Below, piece after piece: positions 53,775 to 60,452 of a DNA stretch of 60,452 bases (position 1 is the first letter of the stretch; the number at the start of each line of letters is the position of its first letter). This stretch comes from Candidatus Woesearchaeota archaeon. Lineage in GTDB: Archaea; Nanobdellota; Nanobdellia; SCGC-AAA011-G17; GW2011-AR18. The position numbers were made by a program, and so were the translations under genes. The stretch lies in assembly GCA_018302105.1 (NCBI GenBank), contig JAGWAD010000038.1, positions 1 through 60,452 on the forward strand, read 5' to 3'. The notes beneath the pieces were generated by a model that saw nothing but the letters and a program-made list of their open reading frames with translations, was not told the DNA's origin and did no database searches.

Positions 53775-54131
53775 ATGGACATAAACACCGAAATTCCTAA
53801 AGAAATTCAAGAAAAGGCTTTGGAGGCTTTAGAAATAGCCAAAAAAACTGGAAAATTAAAAAGAGGAACAAATGAAGTTGTTAAAGCAATAGAAAGAGGC
53901 ACTGCAAAACTGGTTTTAGTTGCTAAAGATGTTAATCCTAAGGAAATAATTATGCATTTCCCTTCTTTATGCCAGGAAAAAGACATCCCATTAATTATTG
54001 TACCTACAAGAGAAGAATTAGGCAATGCAGCAGGTTTAAATGTTCCAACAGCAGCAGTAGCTATAATACAAGAAGGAGAAGCTAAACAGATTATTAAAGA
54101 GCTTAATTCTAAAATAAAAGCAACAGCTTAA
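53775..54131 (+). CDS. rpl7ae: 50S ribosomal protein L7Ae (start moved to the ATG preceded by GGAGGT)
   Basis: ..[41 protein letters not shown].. is the canonical L7Ae/K-turn-binding motif. SD GGAGGT at 53765-70. Confidence 0.92.
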   Translation: MDINTEIPKEIQEKALEALEIAKKTGKLKRGTNEVVKAIERGTAKLVLVAKDVNPKEIIMHFPSLCQEKDIPLIIVPTREELGNAAGLNVPTAAVAIIQEGEAKQIIKELNSKIKATA

Positions 54132-54132
54132 A

Positions 54133-54432
54133 ATGGCAGATAAAAAAGAACAACATCAGGAAGACCAGAAAAAACAAGAAGTAGAACAAAAACCTACAAA
54201 AAAAGAAGGTAAACAACTTTTCACAAATGCAGTTCCGGCAGTAGTTGAAGAAATTGTTGGAAGAACTGGAACAAGAGGAGAAGCAATCCAGGTTAGATGT
54301 AAAATTTTAGAAGGTCCGGATTCAAAACGTATTTTAAGAAGAAATGTTAAAGGACCAATAAGAATTGGCGATGTTTTAATGTTAAGAGAAACTGAAATAG
54401 AAGCTAGAAAATTAACACAAGGCAGGAAATAA
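54133..54432 (+). CDS. rps28e: 30S ribosomal protein S28e with an about 30-aa K/E/Q-rich N-terminal extension
   Basis: ..[59 protein letters not shown].. is the S28e core. Confidence 0.88.
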   Translation: MADKKEQHQEDQKKQEVEQKPTKKEGKQLFTNAVPAVVEEIVGRTGTRGEAIQVRCKILEGPDSKRILRRNVKGPIRIGDVLMLRETEIEARKLTQGRK

Positions 54433-54618
54433 ATGGCAAAATGCAGTTTTTGTGGAATAAATATTGAACGTGGAACTGGAAAAACATTAGCTAAAAATGA
54501 TGCTTCAATGCTTTATTTTTGTTCAAATAAATGTTCAAAAAATTTATTGAAATTAAAAAGAAATCCTAGAAAAATAAAATGGACAGAAGCTCATAGAAAA
54601 CTAAAAGGAAAAGCTTAA
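54433..54618 (+). CDS. rpl24e: 50S ribosomal protein L24e
   Basis: MAKCSFCGINIERGTGKTLAKNDASMLYFCSNKCSKN.. is a zinc-ribbon L24e. Confidence 0.9.
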   Translation: MAKCSFCGINIERGTGKTLAKNDASMLYFCSNKCSKNLLKLKRNPRKIKWTEAHRKLKGKA

Positions 54619-54862
54619 TTTTATAATGAATATATATCATTTCAACTGTTCTTACAATTTTAATTGGATTATTTGCTATATTCTATCCATTATTTTTTAT
54701 TATCAATAATTGAAATATCCTTAAGAAATCCTTTTAGCATTAAAAAATGATATTGATACTTTGGTTAATTTAGGGTTTGTAAAAGAAAGTATTTTGTTAT
54801 CAAAAAATTATAATTCTACACAATAATTAAATTTATATACTATTCAATTTTTCAATAAAAAT

Positions 54863-55375
54863 ATGGAAAGAACCTTGGTTTTATTAAAGCCTGATGCTGT
54901 TAAAAGAGGATTAACAGGAAATATTATTTCTAGATTTGAAAACGTCGGTTTAAAGATTATAGGTATGAAAATGGTTTGGGCAGACGAGGAATTTGCAAGA
55001 AAACATTATAGAGAAGAATTAGATGAAAGATATAAAGAAGTAGAAAAAAAATTTGGCAGAAATGTAAGAAATGAATTAGTCAAATATTTAAAAGAAGGAC
55101 CAATAGTTGCTTTTGTTTTAGAAGGCATTGATGCAATAAAAGTAACAAGAAAAATTATTGGCTCTACTTACCCTAACGAATCTGCTGTTGGCACTATTAG
55201 GGGAGATTTTGCACATATTTCTAAAGACTTTGCAAATACTAAAAATATAATGGTAAAAAACCTTATCCATGCTTCTGAAGACAAAGCAAATGCAGACATT
55301 GAGATTCCACTTTGGTTTGCAAACAAGGAATTACATTCATATAAGACTGTTCATGATATTATATGTTTCGAATAA
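54863..55375 (+). CDS. ndk: nucleoside diphosphate kinase (with a short insertion relative to typical NDKs)
   Basis: MERTLVLLKPDAV.RGL.G.IISRFE..GLKI, ..GPIVAFVLEG.., ..TIRGDFA.., ..NLIHASED.. (active-site His). Confidence 0.9.
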   Translation: MERTLVLLKPDAVKRGLTGNIISRFENVGLKIIGMKMVWADEEFARKHYREELDERYKEVEKKFGRNVRNELVKYLKEGPIVAFVLEGIDAIKVTRKIIGSTYPNESAVGTIRGDFAHISKDFANTKNIMVKNLIHASEDKANADIEIPLWFANKELHSYKTVHDIICFE

Positions 55376-55377
55376 TA

Positions 55378-55749
55378 TTAAATAATTATTCCATCCCAAG
55401 CAGTAATGTAAACATACATTTCTAAATTATCTTTATTTAAATAATTCAATTTCAAAGTAATGTCTGTTTCTTCTTCAATTTTTACTTCTCTTTCAGCATT
55501 ATCACTTAATTCAATATCATTATATAACTGAACATAATTCAAAATTACTTCTTCCATGCCAGTATTAACATAAATAAAAAATGAATTATCTTGTGAATAA
55601 TCAAAAATTAAAACAATATTATTATATACATTTTTCCAATTTTCATCACATTTAAATTTTATAGGCAATTCTCTAACTAAATTTTCTAGTTCCTTAAGTT
55701 CATCAGCACTTTTTACAATATATGTTACATCTTTATTCTCTAGATCCAT
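55378..55749 (-). CDS. hypothetical protein
   Basis: 123-aa ORF, ATG start, acidic; no family recognised. Confidence 0.5.
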   Translation of the reverse strand: MDLENKDVTYIVKSADELKELENLVRELPIKFKCDENWKNVYNNIVLIFDYSQDNSFFIYVNTGMEEVILNYVQLYNDIELSDNAEREVKIEEETDITLKLNYLNKDNLEMYVYITAWDGIII

Positions 55750-55795
55750 AAAAATATGAAAATAAGAAAATTTTTAAAGGTTACTAGTTGGATAT

Positions 55796-55912
55796 TTAAT
55801 TTTCTAAGCACCCATAATAACCCATCTCAAACCCCCATTCCCCAGAACCAATCTGGTCTTCATCAAGTTCCCCATCTAACTCCAAAGTCATTTCTTCAAA
55901 CTCATTTTCCAT
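55796..55912 (-). CDS. possible 38-aa acidic Gly/aromatic mini-protein (not in ORF track)
   Basis: ATG preceded by TATGGGGGTTGATAACT. MENEFEEMTLELDGELDEDQIGSGEWGFEMGYYGCLEN*. Lies in a locally GC-richer patch. Confidence 0.25.
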   Translation of the reverse strand: MENEFEEMTLELDGELDEDQIGSGEWGFEMGYYGCLEN

Positions 55913-56077
55913 AGTTATCAACCCCCATAATAAAACAAAGTTAAGTTTTTATTTATAAATATCCCATATAAAAAATATAAACCTAATACTACAATGAAAC
56001 GCAATTATACATATTGAAAAGATTATTTTATAACATATACCAAAAACCTTTTAAGAGTAAAAAAATCACAATAAATT

Positions 56078-57784
56078 ATGCTAAGACAAGTAATAGTAAC
56101 AATATTAGGAAATGTAGATAGTGGTAAGTCTTCAGTTATTGATGTAATTAAAAAAACCTCAATAGTGAAATCAGAGCCAGGTAAAATTACACAATCAATA
56201 AAAGCATATTCAGTATCATTAGAGTCTATCAAAACTCTTTGTCAAGATGCATTAGACATTACGAAAATCAAAGTACCAGGATTACTATTAATAGATACTC
56301 CAGGACATGAAGCTTTTTCAAATTTAAGAAAAAGAGGCGGTTCATTAGCAGACATAGCAATTTTAGTAATAGATATAAATGAAGGACTTAAACCACAAAC
56401 AATAGAGTCTATAGAAATATTAAAACAAAATAAAACCCCATTCGTAGTTGCATTAAATAAAATTGATTTAATTGGTGGATGGCAGTCAAATCCGGATTTA
56501 CCATTAATAAAAAATATAGATTCACAAAACAAATCCACAAAAACATTATTAGACTCTCGTTTATATACAATAGTAGGGAATTTATTTAATCATGGTTTTA
56601 ATGCAGAAAGATTTGACAAGATTTCAGATTTCACAAAAAATTTAGTTTTAATCCCAATATCAGCAAAAACATCAGAAGGATTACCAGAACTATTAATGAT
56701 GATAACAGGATTAGCACAAAAATTCTTAGAACTAAAACTAGAACACAATATAGATGCTCCTGGAGAAGGCACAATTTTAGAAATAAGTGAAGAAAAAGGA
56801 ATTGGAACATGTTTAGACACAATTATTTACAAAGGAAAATTAAAAACAAATGATACTATTGTTGTAGGAACATTATCAGAACCAATAGTTACAAAAGTAA
56901 AAGCAATTTACATACCAGAAAAAAATAAATTAGTAACTATAAAAGAAGCCTATGCATCTATTGGAATAAAAATATCAGCACAAAATATTAAGGAAGCAAT
57001 ATCAGGAATGCCTGTAAAAGTAGCAAATAGAGATTTAGAAAAAATAAAAATATCAGTTAAAGAAGAAATTGAAGAAATAACATTTGAACTAGACCATGAA
57101 GGCTTAGTTATAAAAGCAGATTCAGTTGGAAGCCTGGAAGCTTTAATCAAATTATTAAAAAATAAAAAAATAAAAATAAAAAGAGCTTCTATTGGTACAA
57201 TAACAAAAAAAGATATTGCAGAAGCAGAGTCAAATAATAATGAATTACAAAAAGTTATTCTTGGATTCAACACAGAACCAATTGTTTCAGACAATATAAA
57301 AATAATTATAGATCCGGTAATTTATTCCTTAATAGAAAAATATGAATCCTGGTTTAAAGAAACAAAAGAAAATTTAGAAGGAAAACAACTTAAAAATTTA
57401 ATCAGACCATGTAAAATTAGAATTCTCCCGGGCTACATATTTAGACAATCTAATCCCGCTGTTGTAGGAGTCGATATTCTGGCTGGCACATTAAAATCAG
57501 GAACACCATTAATGAAAGAAGTAAAGATAACTGAAGCAAAAAGCTTGCAGGAAAATGGAAAAAATATAAATGAAGCAGAAGCTGGAAAGTCTATTGCTTT
57601 AGCAATGCCAAATGTTACAATGAATAGGCAAGTAAAAGAAGGAGACATATTATATTCAGATGTTCCAGAACCACATTTTAAAATTTATAAAAAATTAAAA
57701 GATACATTAAAGCCAGAAGAAATACAAGTTCTAAAAGAAATAGCTGAAATAAAAAGAAAAACAAATCCTGCTTGGGGCATGTGA
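56078..57784 (+). CDS. infB: translation initiation factor aIF5B (IF-2)
   Basis: G-domain: GNVDSGKSS (G1 variant), DTPGHEAF (G3), NKID (G4), then beta-barrel and C-terminal domains. Sits in the conserved position after ndk. Confidence 0.9.
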   Translation: MLRQVIVTILGNVDSGKSSVIDVIKKTSIVKSEPGKITQSIKAYSVSLESIKTLCQDALDITKIKVPGLLLIDTPGHEAFSNLRKRGGSLADIAILVIDINEGLKPQTIESIEILKQNKTPFVVALNKIDLIGGWQSNPDLPLIKNIDSQNKSTKTLLDSRLYTIVGNLFNHGFNAERFDKISDFTKNLVLIPISAKTSEGLPELLMMITGLAQKFLELKLEHNIDAPGEGTILEISEEKGIGTCLDTIIYKGKLKTNDTIVVGTLSEPIVTKVKAIYIPEKNKLVTIKEAYASIGIKISAQNIKEAISGMPVKVANRDLEKIKISVKEEIEEITFELDHEGLVIKADSVGSLEALIKLLKNKKIKIKRASIGTITKKDIAEAESNNNELQKVILGFNTEPIVSDNIKIIIDPVIYSLIEKYESWFKETKENLEGKQLKNLIRPCKIRILPGYIFRQSNPAVVGVDILAGTLKSGTPLMKEVKITEAKSLQENGKNINEAEAGKSIALAMPNVTMNRQVKEGDILYSDVPEPHFKIYKKLKDTLKPEEIQVLKEIAEIKRKTNPAWGM

Positions 57785-57785
57785 T

Positions 57786-58409
57786 TTAATTAGCATTATT
57801 TAATAATAAGTAACCATTAGGTTTTAATAACTTCCTTTCATAATCTAAGCATTGACGATAATTTGTCATATAATGAGTAGCACCAAAGTTATCAATTACA
57901 ATATCAGCAATGTTATGGATGTCTAAATGAGATTTTATTGCAGTCACCAGATCTTCATTAATTAACCTGACTTTATTTTGGTCACGAATTATTTTACAGC
58001 GTTCAAAAAGTTTTAATAAATTTTTATTTACCCTATCTGAAAATTTTAAATTTAATGCATATCCAAGCATGTTCCCCATTAGTTCATAATCAACAGGATC
58101 AATAATAATAGGAAGATGTTTGATTTTATAATTATCAACGAGATTTGGAATAAATTCACCAAGCCCAGCTCCAACTTCAGCATATTGAAAAAAAGGATTA
58201 ATCATTAATTCTCTTATATTATTTTCATATTCTGAAACATTCCTTGCTGTTACACATGAATATATACCCCTTGCAGTATAAACAAATGAATATTCATCAA
58301 AATTAGGTGCACTCTGTGATAAACCAATATTAAGACAATATTTCGTTTTTCTATCCAAAATTTTAACAAATCTTCTGCTATCATAAGTCCATTTAACTCT
58401 GTAGTCCAT
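57786..58409 (-). CDS. hypothetical protein, possible class I SAM-dependent methyltransferase
   Basis: ..YAEVGAGLGEFIPNL.. resembles SAM motif I; otherwise unrecognised. Confidence 0.4.
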   Translation of the reverse strand: MDYRVKWTYDSRRFVKILDRKTKYCLNIGLSQSAPNFDEYSFVYTARGIYSCVTARNVSEYENNIRELMINPFFQYAEVGAGLGEFIPNLVDNYKIKHLPIIIDPVDYELMGNMLGYALNLKFSDRVNKNLLKLFERCKIIRDQNKVRLINEDLVTAIKSHLDIHNIADIVIDNFGATHYMTNYRQCLDYERKLLKPNGYLLLNNAN

Positions 58410-58497
58410 AAAAAAATGAAATTAGAGATAAATAAAAGAATAACTAAATTTTAGAGTCTCAGTAATCTTTATAAATAGTCTGGATTTTCAAATTACA

Positions 58498-58893
58498 ATG
58501 GTAGAAACTAAATTTGTAATAAATGATACAAAAACAGGAAAAAGTTATCAAAAAGTTTTAGAAGACAATCCTTTTGTAAATAATAAAGTAGGAGATAAAG
58601 TCTCGGGACATTTAGTAGGTTTAGATGATTATGAATTAGAAATTAGAGGCGGATCAGATAAATCTGGATGCCCAATAAGATATGACATGCCTGGAATAGG
58701 GAAAAAAAGAGCATTATTAACTTCTGGACCATGTATAAAAATAGTTATAAAAGGAAATAGAATAAGAAAAACAGTAGTAAGCAACACAATTACTCAGGAC
58801 ATAGTTCAAATAAATTTAAAAGTAATAAAACAAGGTTCTAAATCTTTAGAAGAAATGTTCCCTAAAGAAGAAGAAGCTAAAGCTGCTGTATAA
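58498..58893 (+). CDS. rps6e: 30S ribosomal protein S6e
   Basis: ..FVINDTKTGKSYQ..GYELEIRGGSDKSGCPIRYDMPGIGKKRALLTSGP.. is the S6e signature. Confidence 0.9.
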   Translation: MVETKFVINDTKTGKSYQKVLEDNPFVNNKVGDKVSGHLVGLDDYELEIRGGSDKSGCPIRYDMPGIGKKRALLTSGPCIKIVIKGNRIRKTVVSNTITQDIVQINLKVIKQGSKSLEEMFPKEEEAKAAV

Positions 58894-58915
58894 ATTTTTA
58901 GATTGTAAAAAATGT

Positions 58916-59413
58916 ATGGACAATATAATAAAATTTCCAACAGACTACAAGGGATCTGAGATAATTAATTCTAGAAAGAATATTGAAGAAATAACAAAAT
59001 TATCAGACCATCAAACCTTAGTGTACCAAGCAAAGGAAGAAGGGATTAATTATAGAGACTTAAGAGCCAAATTAAGATTGCACAACATTTCTTTAGAACA
59101 GGCAATTGAAAATTGTAAATTGGGAATATCAACAAGTGAATATTTAAGACAAAGAGAAGAAAAAAGAAAATATGAAGAACTAACTCTTAGGAAAACACAA
59201 AGAATGTTAAAAACCTATTTCGCTACAGCAATAACTGCATCATTTTTAATATTGGGATTTTCTATATATCAAGAATTAACAGAACTTATAGAAAAAGAAA
59301 CTAATTGCTATGAATTTACAACAAAACCAATAACAATAACTGATCCAGAAATGAAAGAAAAACTTGAAGAATATAAAACAAATTGTTATCCAAAAATTAT
59401 TCCAGGAACTTAA
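58916..59413 (+). CDS. hypothetical protein with one TM segment
   Basis: 165 aa; TM ..YFATAITASFLILGFSIY..; no family recognised. Confidence 0.45.
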   Translation: MDNIIKFPTDYKGSEIINSRKNIEEITKLSDHQTLVYQAKEEGINYRDLRAKLRLHNISLEQAIENCKLGISTSEYLRQREEKRKYEELTLRKTQRMLKTYFATAITASFLILGFSIYQELTELIEKETNCYEFTTKPITITDPEMKEKLEEYKTNCYPKIIPGT

Positions 59414-59437
59414 TCCTCAGTTTAATAAAAAAAATTC

Positions 59438-60205
59438 TCAATAATGGCTAACCATTACTATTGCTCTATTAACTTCATCTTGGCTCAGTTTTTTGCTAAA
59501 TAATCCTTTAACTTTAGTCGTCAATCTGCTATCTCTGTATCTCTCACCAATCAAAGCAGCAGCTAATTTTTTATACTCAATTACAGTATTATTCTCTTTC
59601 AGCGCTGCCAAAGGTTTTGTTTTAGCTAAAGCTTCTAATAAACCCTCATCATCATGCAATACACTCACCACAGGAACTTTAGTAGTATTTTGTATTTCAT
59701 CCAATAAATATGTTTTCTTTTGTTTTGCAACTTTAACAGCATGCAATGTACTTGCCAAAGTTACATAATCAGGAGTTGTTAGTACAAATAATTCATCAGA
59801 AGCACCAACAGTTGCTAACATTTCTTCACTAAAACTAGGACTTGAATCAATTAATATTACATCATAAAAACTTCTTAGACCTGCTAAATGCTTTCCGAAT
59901 TTCGTGTAGTCAACTTTTTTAGATATTAAAGATGAAGGCAATAAATGCATACCACTTGAATGCTCATAAATTGCTTTTCTAATATTCACTTTTCCATCTA
60001 AAACATCATGCAAAGTATATTGTGGCTTAACAAATCCAAAATGTAATGCTAAATTAGGAGCAGAAAAATTTCCATCAACAACTAACACTTTCTTTTTAAA
60101 ATTATTAGCTAAAATAAAACCTAAATTTGCAACACTCGTAGTTTTACCTACACCGCCTTTAACAGAAATAAATCCAATTATCCTAGCATGTTTCATTTGA
60201 ACCAT
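59438..60205 (-). CDS. MinD/ParA-family P-loop ATPase
   Basis: Deviant Walker A ..ISVKGGVGKTTSVANLG.., ..VLVVDGNFSAPN.., ..ILIDSSPS... Confidence 0.88.
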   Translation of the reverse strand: MVQMKHARIIGFISVKGGVGKTTSVANLGFILANNFKKKVLVVDGNFSAPNLALHFGFVKPQYTLHDVLDGKVNIRKAIYEHSSGMHLLPSSLISKKVDYTKFGKHLAGLRSFYDVILIDSSPSFSEEMLATVGASDELFVLTTPDYVTLASTLHAVKVAKQKKTYLLDEIQNTTKVPVVSVLHDDEGLLEALAKTKPLAALKENNTVIEYKKLAAALIGERYRDSRLTTKVKGLFSKKLSQDEVNRAIVMVSHY

Positions 60206-60234
60206 TTTTTAATTTAATAAAAAAATAAAAAAGA

Positions 60235-60452
60235 CTATTTCTTTTTTCTTCCAACCAAGTACCATACAACTGCACCAATTACAATTAGCACCAATATAAT
60301 TACCAGTACAGGCATTAAGCTTGTTTTCTCAACATTCTTATCAGTAGTTGGTGTATTTGTATTGTCGCTAGTTGATGTACCATCGTCTGTTGTCGCATCA
60401 GTAGTAGTTTGACTGGCTTGTTTGTCTACACCAATTGCAAATGTACTAAATC
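60235..60452 (-). CDS. C-terminal end of a surface protein (Thr-rich linker + C-terminal TM anchor + RKKK); 5' part outside the window
   Basis: The minus frame is open from the window edge: ..QASQTTTDATTDDGTSTSDNTNTPTTDKNVEKTSLMPVLVIILVLIVIGAVVWYLVGRKKK*. Confidence 0.5.
   Translation of the reverse strand, partial: FSTFAIGVDKQASQTTTDATTDDGTSTSDNTNTPTTDKNVEKTSLMPVLVIILVLIVIGAVVWYLVGRKKK

Noticed and set aside
56023-57648. Six short ORFs on the - strand (56023-56232, 56242-56538, 56590-56822, 56950-57294, 57433-57648)
   Set aside because: All are antisense to infB (aIF5B) and have S/F/I-rich shadow-frame composition.
59493-59768. 91-aa ORF on the + strand
   Set aside because: It is antisense to the MinD/ParA ATPase gene.
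1-60452. CRISPR arrays, rRNA genes, RNase P RNA
   Set aside because: I found no regularly spaced direct repeats with unique spacers. The only GC-rich islands are accounted for by the SRP RNA, two tRNAs, the 8680-8731 hairpin element, the IS tail and the 55.8-kb patch.

Overview
This is a strongly AT-rich 60.5 kb window from an archaeon. The archaeal assignment rests on r-proteins L10e, L35Ae, L7Ae, S28e, L24e and S6e, archaeal DnaG primase, aIF5B, Elp3, XPD, an archaeal-type SRP RNA and multi-intron tRNAs. Dense small genes, many cysteine-rich, CARDB or PPC-type secreted proteins and non-canonical tRNA introns suggest a small-genome DPANN-like lineage; that placement is inference only. Core genes recognised by motif are ppsA, rpl10e, dnaG, rpl35ae, sppA, elp3, gmk, gatC/gatA/gatB, corA, class II RNR, secF/secD, the conserved rpl7ae-rps28e-rpl24e-ndk-infB cluster, rps6e and a MinD/ParA ATPase. 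RNA genes are the SRP RNA (12801-13068, -), tRNA-Gly(GCC) with a T-loop intron, and tRNA-Val(UAC) with two introns. The clearest accessory region is about 41.9-51.0 kb. It holds an IS5/IS4-like SWIM-DDE transposase, a Zn-ribbon ORF translationally coupled to a C5 DNA methyltransferase, a candidate restriction endonuclease, and a GC-richer DUF5680-like cargo gene. These are bracketed by a split inverted repeat and followed by an IS remnant, XPD, and an AbiEii/AbiEi-like cassette in reversed gene order. That cassette is flanked by 24-bp direct repeats and by two paralogous small genes. Other items worth a second look:
- a gatC whose N-terminus is in a different frame from its body, so it is absent from the ORF track
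- an RmtB/ArmA (FmrO)-like 16S rRNA methyltransferase homologue next to the SRP RNA
- a bacterial OMP-like beta-barrel ORF
- a 94-bp perfect intergenic repeat 19 kb apart
- a GC-rich twin-hairpin element downstream of dnaG
No CRISPR array or rRNA gene was seen. All family calls come from reading the translations and recalling motifs, with no database search, and several starts in the ORF track are TTG/GTG and may be over-extended.
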